This document shows positions 27,822-37,770 of a DNA stretch of 64,000 bases, one piece after another. The notes beneath the pieces are model-generated. The model made no database searches. It saw only the letters and a list, made by a program, of their open reading frames with translations, and had not been told where the DNA came from. Made by a program: the position numbers and the translations under genes. Origin of the DNA: Thermoplasmata archaeon (GTDB lineage Archaea > Thermoplasmatota > E2 > JACPAO01 > JAHFTW01); assembly GCA_034667725.1 (NCBI GenBank), contig JAXDQS010000003.1:384001-448000 (forward strand), written 5' to 3'. Each line of letters begins with the position of its first letter. The stretch's first letter is position 1.

Positions 27822-28523
27822 ATGGACGGCTTCGTCATCCGCGCCGACCGCCTGGAGCGCGTCTATGGGAGCCAGCCCAGCCAGGAGGCCGCGTTGCGCG
27901 GCGTCGACTTCCGCGTCCGCCCCGGCGAGATGGTCGCCATCATGGGCCCTAGCGGCTGCGGCAAGACGACGCTCTTGAACTGCCTCTCCGGCCTCGACAC
28001 GCCCACCAAGGGCACGGTGGTCTTGGCCGGCCAGTCCCTCGGCGCCTTGCGCGAGCCGCGGCTCACGCGCCACCGCGCCCGTTCGGCCGGCTTCATCTTC
28101 CAGGCCTACAACCTGATTCCGGTCCTCACCGTCGAGGAGAACGTCATGCTGCCGCTGGTCACGGCCGGCATCAAGGAGGCGGAGGCCCGGCCCAGGGCGC
28201 GCGACCTGCTGGCCCGCCTCGGCATGGCTGGCCTCGAGGGCCGCCTGCCGTCGGAGCTGTCGGGGGGCGAGCAGCAGCGCGTCGCCATCGCGCGCGCCTT
28301 GGTGGCCAAGCCCGCGGTCGTGTTCGCGGACGAGCCGACCGGCAACCTCGACAGCGCCCGCGCCGCCGCCCTCCTGGACCTGCTGCGCGCCGCCAACCGC
28401 GACGGGCAGACCTTCGTCATCGTGACCCACGACGCCCAGGTCGCGGCGGCGTGCGGCCGCGTGGTCCGGATGGCGGACGGCCGCATCGTCGGCGACGACG
28501 GGCGCGACGGGCAGGCGGCCTGA
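27822..28523 (+). CDS. ABC transporter ATP-binding protein (LolD/MacB type)
   Basis: GPSGCGKT; LSGGEQQR; ADEPTGNLD; VTHD. Confidence 0.95.
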   Translation: MDGFVIRADRLERVYGSQPSQEAALRGVDFRVRPGEMVAIMGPSGCGKTTLLNCLSGLDTPTKGTVVLAGQSLGALREPRLTRHRARSAGFIFQAYNLIPVLTVEENVMLPLVTAGIKEAEARPRARDLLARLGMAGLEGRLPSELSGGEQQRVAIARALVAKPAVVFADEPTGNLDSARAAALLDLLRAANRDGQTFVIVTHDAQVAAACGRVVRMADGRIVGDDGRDGQAA

Positions 28524-31500
28524 TGGCCCGCCGGGGCGGCCTGGTCCGGTTGCCGATGCTGGCCCGCCTCGCGGCCCGCTACGCCCGGCGGCACCGCGCC
28601 CAGACGGTGCGGGCGGTCCTCGGGCTCTTGGTCGTGTCGCTCATCCTGACCGTGGGCATGGGCCTCGGCGACTCGTTGCAGGCCTCCTTGGGCCAGTCGG
28701 TCGAGACCCGGTTCGGCCCGGTCGATGTCGTGGTGCGCGGCCCGCCGCAGTTCAATGCCACCTTGCTGCCCGAGCTGGAGCAGGTCGCCGGCGTCCAAGG
28801 CGTCCCGACCCTCGTCGTGGTGGGCTCCGCGAGCAACCCGCGCAGCGCACGGGCGGAGGCGTTCGCGTCGCTGCGCGGCGTCGATTCCAAAGAGCCCGCC
28901 CTGCTCGGCCCTCTGCCCGGCGGCGTGGCGGAGCCCGGCCCGGGCGAGGTGGTGCTGTCGGCCGGCCTGGCGACCCGCCTCGACGCCCAGCCTGGGGACC
29001 TGCTGACGCTGCGCCTGCTGCCGCAGGACCTGAACGAGACCCTCGGCATCCAGGCCACGACGGCCGCGGGCAACCTGACGGCAGGCGGCCGCGTCGAGGT
29101 GCCGTTCACGGTCGGCGCCGGCGCGCTCGGCGTGCTGGCCAACGCCGACGGGGCCGGGCTGGAGGCCGCGCTCCGGTCGCCCACCGGGCAGATCCACCCC
29201 GCCGAGCAGGGGGAGGTGCGCGTCCTCGGGCAGGTGGCGGCCGGCGGCTGGAACCTCACCCTCACGGCGTCGGCGGCAACAAGCTACGAGGCGGTCGTGC
29301 GGGTCGGCTACACGCCGCCCGACCTGGAGGCGCTCGTGGTGGTGCTCAACGCCACCGTGGCCGGGATCGCGCCGACCGAAGGCCGCGCCGCCATCACGCC
29401 CCGCCCCGGCGCCCTGCTGCCGCTGGCCGACCTGGAGGCCGCGCTGGGCCAGACGGGCCTGGCGTCGCACGCCTACTTCACGGCGCCCGGGCCCGGCGAG
29501 GCCGTCCGCGCCGCCGAGGCGCTGCGGGCGCACCTCGACAACCGCACCTGGCGCGCCGACGCCGTCAAGGAGGACGCCGTCACCCGGATCCGCACCGAGG
29601 CCGGGCAGGTGACGGGCTTCATCCTGGTCATGGGCGGCTTCACCATGGTCGCGAGCATGCTGCTGGCCTACGTGCTGTTCAGCTCCTTGGTGGAGGAGCG
29701 CCGCGTCGAGCTCGGCATCGCGCGCGCCCTCGGGCTCACCCGCGGCGAGGTCGGCCTCGCCATGCTGCTGGAGGCGCTGCTCTACTCCGTCCTTGCCGCC
29801 GTCGCCGGCGTCGTCGCGGGCCTCGGCCTGCTGCTGGCGCTCCAGCCGGTGGCCAACGGCTACTCGGCGCAGTTCAACGGCCCGCCGCTGTTCTTGCACC
29901 TTGAGCCGAACACCGTCCCGCTCGCGTTGGCCGGCGGCGTCCTGCTGCCGCTTGCGACCATCGCCCTCGGCACGCTGCGCTTCACCCGCCTCGACCCGTC
30001 GCGCGCCATCCGCGGCTCCCCCGAGGACGTCCGGGTCCACCGCCGCCTCGCCGACGTCGCTGGCTGGCTCCTGTTGGCCTTCGGCCTCGCCCTCCTGCTG
30101 GACCCGCTCGGCCGGCTCGTCGGCATGGGCGTCGCCGCCGCGGGTGCCGCGACCTTGCTGCTGGCCGCCCGCCGCCGCGGCTGGGCCGCCGTCGCCGCCC
30201 TCGCCGGCATCGCCGCCACCGCCTGGACGCTCTACACGTTCGAGGAGTTCCCCCGCCTGCGCCGCGACCTCGACCCGGTGTTCACCATGCTGCGCGCCCT
30301 CATGCTGGCCCTGCTGTTGGCGACCCTCGCGGTGTGCTCGCCGCGGCCGTTTGGCGCCGCCGGCCGTCTGTTCGCGCGCGTCGCGGGGCTGCGCCGCGCC
30401 GCCTACGCCGCGTTCCGCTACCTCGGTGCCCGCCGCGTCCAGGCCGGCCTCACCGCCGCCATGGTCGCGGTCGTCGCCGTCGTCGTCACCGTCATGGGCA
30501 CGCTTGCCGCCGTGTTCGCGGGCACGCTCGTGACCCAGGAAGCCGGCTACGACCTGATCGGCCAAAGCCCGTTCCCGCTCACCACCTTCCCGCGGCCCTT
30601 GGACCCCGCCGACGCGGCCGGCATCGCGCGGGCCGACTTCGTCGCGGTCCACAACCCGTTCGGCGGCGCCCGCGTCCTGTTCGAGGGCGAGCCGTTCCGC
30701 GAAGGCCGCTTCGTCCGCTTCGGCGGCGTGACCCCCGGCTTCGCCGGCGCCAACGAGTACCAGTTGAGCGACCGCGACGCCCGCTACCCGAGCGACCGCG
30801 CGGCATGGGAGGCCGTCGCCCGCGGCGAGGCCGCCCTGCCGCCGTCGTGGTACTTCGGCAACGGCGAGCTGGAGGTCGGCGGCACGCTCCAGGTCGGCGC
30901 CGGCGCCGGCGAGCGCAGCTACGTGGTCGCGGGCGCCATCGCCAACGCGCGCCGCGGCGAGATTTTCCTGGCCCACGACCACGTGCGCGGCATGGGCTTC
31001 CCGCAGTCGGCCATCGTGTTCGTGCGGGTGGCGCCCGGCACCGACCCGGCGCGGCTGGCGCACAGCCTCACCGACGCCTACCAGGCGGACGGCCTCGCCT
31101 TCGAGAGTGTTGCGGAGGAGGCGCAGGAGGCCGCCGACCTGCTGCAGGCGAGCATCCTCATCGTGCAGGCGTTCCTGTTCCTCGGCGTCTTCGTCGGCAT
31201 CGCCTCCACCGGCTTCCTGGCCGCGCGCGCCGTCCACGAGCGCATGCGCGAGATCGGCACGCTCCGGGCCCTCGGCTACGAGGAAACCGACGTCCGGCGC
31301 GCCTTCGTGCTGGAGTCCACCGTCGTGGCCGCCCTCGGGCTCCTGCTCGGGACCGCAGTCGGCCTGCTGGTGGCGCACAGCATCTGGTGGCGCACGGTGC
31401 GGCAGGGCGCCGGCCCGTTCAACGTCCCGTGGGACGTGCTGGCGGTCTTCTGGGCGGCCGTGCTGCTGCTCACGGCACTGGCGTCGTGGAGCCCGACCCG

Positions 31501-31549
31501 GCGCGCCGCCCGCCTCGACCCGGCCGCGGCGCTACGCCACGTCGAGTAG
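28523..31549 (+). CDS. FtsX/MacB-type ABC permease (two permease domains)
   Basis: ERRVELGIARALG and ERMREIGTLRALG; multiple TM helices; RLDPAAALR. Confidence 0.92.
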   Translation: MARRGGLVRLPMLARLAARYARRHRAQTVRAVLGLLVVSLILTVGMGLGDSLQASLGQSVETRFGPVDVVVRGPPQFNATLLPELEQVAGVQGVPTLVVVGSASNPRSARAEAFASLRGVDSKEPALLGPLPGGVAEPGPGEVVLSAGLATRLDAQPGDLLTLRLLPQDLNETLGIQATTAAGNLTAGGRVEVPFTVGAGALGVLANADGAGLEAALRSPTGQIHPAEQGEVRVLGQVAAGGWNLTLTASAATSYEAVVRVGYTPPDLEALVVVLNATVAGIAPTEGRAAITPRPGALLPLADLEAALGQTGLASHAYFTAPGPGEAVRAAEALRAHLDNRTWRADAVKEDAVTRIRTEAGQVTGFILVMGGFTMVASMLLAYVLFSSLVEERRVELGIARALGLTRGEVGLAMLLEALLYSVLAAVAGVVAGLGLLLALQPVANGYSAQFNGPPLFLHLEPNTVPLALAGGVLLPLATIALGTLRFTRLDPSRAIRGSPEDVRVHRRLADVAGWLLLAFGLALLLDPLGRLVGMGVAAAGAATLLLAARRRGWAAVAALAGIAATAWTLYTFEEFPRLRRDLDPVFTMLRALMLALLLATLAVCSPRPFGAAGRLFARVAGLRRAAYAAFRYLGARRVQAGLTAAMVAVVAVVVTVMGTLAAVFAGTLVTQEAGYDLIGQSPFPLTTFPRPLDPADAAGIARADFVAVHNPFGGARVLFEGEPFREGRFVRFGGVTPGFAGANEYQLSDRDARYPSDRAAWEAVARGEAALPPSWYFGNGELEVGGTLQVGAGAGERSYVVAGAIANARRGEIFLAHDHVRGMGFPQSAIVFVRVAPGTDPARLAHSLTDAYQADGLAFESVAEEAQEAADLLQASILIVQAFLFLGVFVGIASTGFLAARAVHERMREIGTLRALGYEETDVRRAFVLESTVVAALGLLLGTAVGLLVAHSIWWRTVRQGAGPFNVPWDVLAVFWAAVLLLTALASWSPTRRAARLDPAAALRHVE

Positions 31550-32992
31550 CGCCGGCAGCGCCACGCGCAGCCCGCCGAACTCTGCGACCCCCGAGGGCGC
31601 CGGCGCCGCGGCGTAGAGCGCGTGGTGGCCTGCGACCGCGAGCCGCAGCGTCTCGCCTGCGCGCAGGCGCAGCGCCACGGGCGCCAGGTCGAAGGCGAAC
31701 GGCTGCGGCGAGCCGGAAGGCACGACGCGCTGCGGCATGGCTTGGCCGTTGGCGGCGCGCGCGTGCCCTTCGGCGTCGACCGCCTCCAGCGACCAGTAGA
31801 CCACGCCGCTTGCCGCGGTGGGCGCGACGGTGCCTTCCAACCGCGGGACGCCGACGAGGGCCCCGTCCCCGCCGGCGGGCCGGACGGGCGTCGCGGCGCG
31901 CGCCGTCATGTTGCCGACCTGGAGCCGAAGCGGATCGGCGGGATGCGTGGCGTGGTTCGGCTCGGGCAACGCAGGGAGGGTGAGGACGCCGCCGCCGTCG
32001 AGCGCAAGGCACACCGTGGGCGTCGCTGTGTCCTCGCCGAGCAGGTGGCGCTGGAACCAGGCGAGCGCCAGCGCGTCAGGCAGGCCGCACGGGTGGCGTG
32101 ACGGCGGGGCGGTGGCGTTGCCGCGCACCGGCGTGTCGAGCGAGTGCCCGCCGAGGTGGGCCACGAGGGCGACGGGGCCCGTGGCCTGGGCGTGGTTCCG
32201 CAGCGCCTCGCCGAGGTCGAACAGCGAGTCGTTGGCGCCTTGGACGAACAGCGCGGGCACCGCGACACCGCCGGCTTGGTGGCTCGGGCTGCTGGCCGCG
32301 AGCGCGGCGGCAAGCGAAGCCGGCACGGCGCCGTCGCGCAGCGTCTGCTCGAAGCCGGCGCGGATGTCCGGATGGATGCGGCCCTGGATGGCGGCGGACA
32401 GCCAGAGCGACGCCACCCACGCCGTCTTGGGGACGCCGTTGGGCGCAAGCGCGTGCACCAAGTCGTTCCAAGTGTCCTCCGCGACGACGGCGTCGAGCCG
32501 CGAGTCGAGGGCCGCCGTCAACAAGGGGAACGCACCGCCGTAGCTCTCGCCCATGGCGCCCGCCACCGGGTCGCCGGCTGCCTCCTGGCGAACCCAGTCG
32601 AGGCCGGCGAGGTGGCCGAGCACCGCCTGCACGTCGCGAATCTCGAAGTCGGGGCTTGCGACCCGGGCCTGGCTGGTGGCGCGCGCCTCGCCGTGGCCGC
32701 GCATGTCGATCGACACGACCGCGAGGCCCGCGTCGGTGAACGCGCGGAACGCCTCCAGCCGGGTCTCGCGCGCGCCGCCCCAGCCGTGGCTGTGCAGCAC
32801 GACGGGCACGGGCGCCGCAGCACTCGCGCCTTCCGGCCGGTAGATCGTGACCGGCACCGGATGGCCGTCGAACGACGCAATGGTCAGGAACGTGGCACGC
32901 TCCGGCGGCGCCGTCGAGGACCCCGGTCCCTGGCCGAGGCAGGCGCTCAGGGCGACCGCCGCGACGACCAGGACTAGGAGGGCGGGGCGCAA
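31532..32992 (-). CDS. CocE/NonD alpha/beta hydrolase lipoprotein
   Basis: lipobox LSAC; HGWGG; DMRGHG; GESYGG; QGANDSLF; TTG start inferred. Confidence 0.85.
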   Translation of the reverse strand: MRPALLVLVVAAVALSACLGQGPGSSTAPPERATFLTIASFDGHPVPVTIYRPEGASAAAPVPVVLHSHGWGGARETRLEAFRAFTDAGLAVVSIDMRGHGEARATSQARVASPDFEIRDVQAVLGHLAGLDWVRQEAAGDPVAGAMGESYGGAFPLLTAALDSRLDAVVAEDTWNDLVHALAPNGVPKTAWVASLWLSAAIQGRIHPDIRAGFEQTLRDGAVPASLAAALAASSPSHQAGGVAVPALFVQGANDSLFDLGEALRNHAQATGPVALVAHLGGHSLDTPVRGNATAPPSRHPCGLPDALALAWFQRHLLGEDTATPTVCLALDGGGVLTLPALPEPNHATHPADPLRLQVGNMTARAATPVRPAGGDGALVGVPRLEGTVAPTAASGVVYWSLEAVDAEGHARAANGQAMPQRVVPSGSPQPFAFDLAPVALRLRAGETLRLAVAGHHALYAAAPAPSGVAEFGGLRVALPALLDVA

Positions 32993-34482
32993 GCGGCAGG
33001 ACGAAGGCCACGGGCGCAAAAAGCCAGCAGCAGGAGCAGCAGCCCCACGCTGGCGCCCGGCGCCCGCTCGTCCGGCTGGCCGAAGTCGAACACGGGCGCG
33101 CGCTCCAGCGGCGACACCAGGTGGCGGATGGTCCGCCCCTCCCAGGTCGCCTCGGCCTCGCCCACGACGGGCACGCCAGCCACGAACGCCGGCTCCCACA
33201 GGAGGGTCGCGGTGCCGTCGGCGGCCGTCATGCCCGAGAGGCCGTCGAGCCGCACGGTCGCGTTCGCGACGGGGGCGCCGACGGGGTCGAGCACGGTGGC
33301 CTGCACCTGGTACATCGCGCGCACCGGCTTGGTGGCGGCGGTGGAGTAGCTATTGCCGTCGAGCGCGAGCAGGGTCGGGTTGGCGGCGAACACGTCGGTC
33401 TCGCCGGTGCCGTTGAACACGGTGCGCTCGACCCGCAGGCCGGCGTCCTTGACCGAGACGCCGCCGACCGAGTTGCCGGCGAGGCGGCTGTCGGCCACGC
33501 GCAGCTCGGCGTGCTCGGCGAACAGGCCGACCGTGGCCTGCGCCTCCGGCTTGGGCGAGACGTCGCAGGCGTTGACCTCGACGACGCCGGGCGTGCCAGG
33601 CACGGGCGCCGGCTGGTGCGTGAGCCCGAAGTTGCCGTAGCGCAGGCGGCAGCCATGCAGCGTGGCCGAGGAATCGACCAGGACGACGGCGTTGCGCGCC
33701 GACAGGTCCACGTCGTCCGCGACGACGGTGCTGCGGGTGGCGTGCAGCGCGACCCGGTCGGTGCGCGCCGTGACGTTGCGCAGCGTGAGTTGCGACGAGG
33801 CGACCCGGATGCCCTCGATGCCGGTGTTGAGGTCGGCGTCCTCGAGCACGAGCGTGCCGTTGAGGGCCGCGAACGCGCCGCTTGCGATGCGCACCGTGAC
33901 ATCGCGCGCGAAGGCCGCGCCGCCGTCGTGGGCGAACAGGGCGGGGCCCTTGATGTCGGCGACCGCGGTGTGGTTGAGGTAGGCGCGGCCGGTCTTTGTG
34001 GCCAGGAGGCCGCCGCCGAGGAACGACTCCGCCATGAAGCCCTCCAGGCCCCGGATCTGGACCGGGTTGCCGGGCAGGCCTTCGGCGACGAAGACGCCCT
34101 CGACGGTGACGGTGTAGCCGTAGCTGGCGTTGGCGGGCTCCATCGTGGCGGCGCGCTCGGGCGTGGAGCGCAGCTCCAGCCGGCCGCCCGCCTCGACGCG
34201 CACGTCCAAGCCTTCGCTGGCTGCGCCCAGCCACTTGTCCTGGTAGGGCGGGGAGGCGATGCGCAGCGTGCAGCCTTCAAGCACCAGGGCGCCGCCGGCC
34301 ACGACCCGGAGGTCCTGCTCGACCAGCACGGTGTCGTCGCGGCAGTGGACCTCGGTGTCGATGACCTTCCAGGCGGCTTCGCTGGACCCGTCCGCCTGCC
34401 CCTGCGCGGGCAGCGGGAGGAGGACGAGGAGGATGAGGCCGGCCAGCAGGGCGCGCCTAGGGTTCGGCGACACGGAGGTCAT
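32974..34482 (-). CDS. secreted right-handed beta-helix protein with C-terminal anchor
   Basis: signal peptide; parallel beta-helix-type repeats; C-terminal APG + hydrophobic run + Arg. Confidence 0.75.
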   Translation of the reverse strand: MTSVSPNPRRALLAGLILLVLLPLPAQGQADGSSEAAWKVIDTEVHCRDDTVLVEQDLRVVAGGALVLEGCTLRIASPPYQDKWLGAASEGLDVRVEAGGRLELRSTPERAATMEPANASYGYTVTVEGVFVAEGLPGNPVQIRGLEGFMAESFLGGGLLATKTGRAYLNHTAVADIKGPALFAHDGGAAFARDVTVRIASGAFAALNGTLVLEDADLNTGIEGIRVASSQLTLRNVTARTDRVALHATRSTVVADDVDLSARNAVVLVDSSATLHGCRLRYGNFGLTHQPAPVPGTPGVVEVNACDVSPKPEAQATVGLFAEHAELRVADSRLAGNSVGGVSVKDAGLRVERTVFNGTGETDVFAANPTLLALDGNSYSTAATKPVRAMYQVQATVLDPVGAPVANATVRLDGLSGMTAADGTATLLWEPAFVAGVPVVGEAEATWEGRTIRHLVSPLERAPVFDFGQPDERAPGASVGLLLLLLAFCARGLRPAACAPPS

Positions 34483-37400
34483 CCACGTTCCAGCCGGGGC
34501 CGTCCTCGAGGCTCAGGTCGCTCACGAACGAGAGCTGCACGCGCACCATTTGGCCTGCGTAGGCCGACAGGTCGAAGGTCGCGGTCTGGTAGTCGGGGCT
34601 CTGGCCCGAGAACGAGCCGAGGGTCGCGAGGGTCGCGCCGGTGGCGTCGGCGATGTTGATGTGCAGGTAGTCAAAGCCGGCCTCCGAGCCGCCCGCGACA
34701 CTCAGCGTGAACTGCGGGGCGACCGCGGTGGTGAGGTCAATCACGGGCGAGTCGAGCTTGGCGCCGCCGGAGTAAGTGTCCTCGTTGCCGACGTAGCCCA
34801 CGCCGGGGTAGGGGGCGCCGACGTACCAGTAGTGGGTGCCGCTCTGGGCGTTGGTGCCGGAGGCCGACGGCGTGGTGGCCTGGTCGACCAGCTGCCATTT
34901 GTTGAGGGAGTCGTTCGGCGTATAGCCGAGGTCGCCGCCCTCGACGTCGTCGCAGAAGTACTCGCCGCCGACGCAGGGGCCGGCGCCGCCGGGCACCGGG
35001 TTCACGGTGTCCATCACGTGCTGCACCTCGGCGAGCACGGTGGCCACGAGGGTGGTGGCGAGGTTGTTTGCGATGGCCGCGAGCGCGCCGGCGAGGCTGC
35101 CGGCCGCCGCGGCCGCGGGGCCGAGGCAGCTGACGGGCACGAACGGCAGGTCGGCGTCCATGGTGAGGCCGGTGGTGCCCTTCTCTTCGCAGGCATTGTT
35201 GCCGGCGGAGGCGCCCGAGTAGGCGTCCTTCTCGGCGCCGTCGACCAGCAGGCCGAGCGCCGCCCAGGAGGTGCTGGACTCGCCGTAGCCGCGGCTGACG
35301 GCCGGGTCGGGGACGGTGTAGCTGTCGCGGCCGGAGAGGTCCACGAGCACGCCGAGCGGGGCGTCGATGGCCGTGCCCTGCGAGCCGGCGCCGGCGCTGT
35401 AGTCGTCGCGGCCTTCGCGGTCGATGAGCACGCCGACGCCGCCCGCCGAGCCGCTGCCCTGCGAGTTGTCGCCGGCCGTGTAGGCGGCTCGGTGGGCCGG
35501 GCCGCCGCCGATGGTCTCGTCGTCGTTGTCCACGAGGACGCCGACGCCGCCTGCCGAGCCGCTGCCCTGGCTGCTGGCGCCCGCCAGGAGGCGGTCGGCC
35601 TTCACGCCGGGGCCGGCGGGGGGCGCGTCGCCGGGGCTGGCGACGGCGACCGTGCCAGGCTCGAGCGTGATGCTGGCGGCGTCCTGCAGGCCGTCGACCA
35701 GGATGCCGACGGCGCCGCGGCCGGCGCCTTGGCTGCCGGCGCCCGCGGTGTAGGCGTCGGTGCCGTCGGCGTCCACCAGGATGCCGACGCCGACGCCGAT
35801 ACCCGTGCCGGCGCCCTGCGAGCCTTCGCCCGCGGTGTAGGTGTCGTGGCCGCTGGCGTCGATGAGGACGCCGAGGAGCGGCTGCATGGGCAGAAGCACC
35901 CAGGCGGCGCCTTGGGAGCCGTCGCCGGAGACGTAGGCGTCGTCGCCGCCAGCGTCCACCAGGTAGCCGCCGCACACGGCGCGGGAGGAGCCCTGACCGG
36001 CGGCGGCCGTGTAGGTGTCGTCGCCGGAGCCGTCGAACAGCAGGCCGCCGGCGCCGTCGATGCCGGTGCAGACGCCTTGGCCGAGGTTCGAAGCCTGGTA
36101 GCGGTCGTCCCCGCTGAAGTCCAGGAGGGCGCCCAGCCCATTGCCGACTCCGAAGCCCTGCGCCGCGTAGATGTTGGCGAGATACTGGTCGTCGCCGGCG
36201 CCGTCGATGAGGAAGCCGTTGGCGAGGCCGAGGGCGGCGCCCTGCGCAAAGCCGTCGCTGGTGTTGGGCACGAGCGCTCCCGTGACGCTGTAGGTGTCGT
36301 CGCCGCTGGCGTCCACGAGGTAGTTGCCGGAGCCCTGCACCAGGCCGGTGCCGGTGTAGGTGTCGTCGCCGCCTTGGTCGAACAGGACGGCGGGCGCGGT
36401 GGGGGCGGGGAACGGCACGAAGCGGCCGCCTTGGCTGGCGGTGCCGGCGAGGTAGGTGTCGGCGCCGTGGCCGAGGTCCAGCAGGTAGCCGGCGTCGCCG
36501 GAGCCCTGCACGCGGCGGGTGCCTTGGTAGTTGTCGCTGCCGGCGCGGTCGGCCAGCACGCCGACGCCGTAGCCACCCGTGGCCGAGCCTTGCGCCGCCA
36601 TGAGGGCCGTGTAGATGTCGTCGCCGCCGTCGTCGTAGAGGACGCCCACGGCGTTGAGGCCGGCGCCCTGCGCGTAGTTGGCGGTGTCTTCGTACGTGTC
36701 CTGGCCGGCGCCGAGGTCGATGGAGATGGAGGCAGGCTCGGTGGCGCCGAGGGTGGTGGCGCCGCCGGCGCGGTTCTGGTACAGCTCGTTGCCGCCCAGG
36801 TCGACCTGGAGGACGTGGTGGACCGTGTCGGTGTCGTCGCAGGTGCCCCGCACGACCACGAGGTTCTGGGGGTCCGCGAAGATCGGCGGCTTGGGGCAGG
36901 CCGCGCTGGAGGATGCCGAGGCGGACATGGAAGGGGTCACGGCCTCGATGGTGGCCAGCAGGCTGGCGGTGGCGCGGGCCGAGGCGGTGGCGTCGGCGGC
37001 GTGGACGGCGTCGATGGCGTCGTTGACCGACGCCACCAGCGCGCCCAGGCCGGCCGCGGCCGCGGGGCTCGCGGCCTCGAAGCGGGCGGTGGCGGCCGAC
37101 AGGCGGGCCATGTCCAAGGCGCCTGGCAGGATGCCGTGGCGCAGGTAGAGGCCGACCATCGCGACGCGCAGCGCGGCGGGCGCGTGCGCCGCCGGCTCGA
37201 CGGCCGGCAGGCCGGCCGCGGCCGCGAACGCGTCCGAGGCGGACGCGGCGCCGGCGAGCGAGGCCAGGAGGGCGGCGCCGTCCGCGGCGGCCGCGCTGGG
37301 CGAGGCCAGGCGCGCGCCTTGGGCACCGAGCATCGCCTGGACGGCGGCGGCGTCGATGCCGGTCTCGCCGTCGACGCCGGCGAGGGCGAGCAGGTCGTCC

Positions 37401-37528
37401 AGCAGCAGCGTGCTGGCGGCGGGGGTCGGCGCCGGAAGGGCCGGACCCTCGGCGGTGGCGCCGCTGAAGGATGCGGTCGTGAACATGGCGGCCAGTAGAA
37501 GGGGCAGAATCCCAGGCTTGGACAACAT
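34457..37528 (-). CDS. large secreted Gly/Asp repeat protein with C-terminal InhA/MAM-like beta-sandwich
   Basis: more than 12 repeats of G.G.L.D..G.D.Y...SQG; LDSPVIDL..EAGFDY..GWNVDD; GGTGA SD upstream. Confidence 0.85.
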   Translation of the reverse strand: MLSKPGILPLLLAAMFTTASFSGATAEGPALPAPTPAASTLLLDDLLALAGVDGETGIDAAAVQAMLGAQGARLASPSAAAADGAALLASLAGAASASDAFAAAAGLPAVEPAAHAPAALRVAMVGLYLRHGILPGALDMARLSAATARFEAASPAAAAGLGALVASVNDAIDAVHAADATASARATASLLATIEAVTPSMSASASSSAACPKPPIFADPQNLVVVRGTCDDTDTVHHVLQVDLGGNELYQNRAGGATTLGATEPASISIDLGAGQDTYEDTANYAQGAGLNAVGVLYDDGGDDIYTALMAAQGSATGGYGVGVLADRAGSDNYQGTRRVQGSGDAGYLLDLGHGADTYLAGTASQGGRFVPFPAPTAPAVLFDQGGDDTYTGTGLVQGSGNYLVDASGDDTYSVTGALVPNTSDGFAQGAALGLANGFLIDGAGDDQYLANIYAAQGFGVGNGLGALLDFSGDDRYQASNLGQGVCTGIDGAGGLLFDGSGDDTYTAAAGQGSSRAVCGGYLVDAGGDDAYVSGDGSQGAAWVLLPMQPLLGVLIDASGHDTYTAGEGSQGAGTGIGVGVGILVDADGTDAYTAGAGSQGAGRGAVGILVDGLQDAASITLEPGTVAVASPGDAPPAGPGVKADRLLAGASSQGSGSAGGVGVLVDNDDETIGGGPAHRAAYTAGDNSQGSGSAGGVGVLIDREGRDDYSAGAGSQGTAIDAPLGVLVDLSGRDSYTVPDPAVSRGYGESSTSWAALGLLVDGAEKDAYSGASAGNNACEEKGTTGLTMDADLPFVPVSCLGPAAAAAGSLAGALAAIANNLATTLVATVLAEVQHVMDTVNPVPGGAGPCVGGEYFCDDVEGGDLGYTPNDSLNKWQLVDQATTPSASGTNAQSGTHYWYVGAPYPGVGYVGNEDTYSGGAKLDSPVIDLTTAVAPQFTLSVAGGSEAGFDYLHINIADATGATLATLGSFSGQSPDYQTATFDLSAYAGQMVRVQLSFVSDLSLEDGPGWNVDDLRVAEP

Positions 37529-37770
37529 GATGAGGTCACCTTGGGGTCCGCGAAAAAACCGCGGACGCAAGCCGCTGGAGCCATGGGTGTCACTTAAGGG
37601 TCGCCGCCGAATCATGTCCCACCCGGCGTCAAGTGGGGGGGAACCGCGGCAAGCCGGATTGAAAAATGGTTGCGCTGGCCAAGCGGGCTGGCGGCCGTTG
37701 TGGGAACGTCCTCGACGCCGCGGTCGGTCCCCAAAAGAGGAAAGAGGGGAAAAGGAAAGTTGGCTGGGAC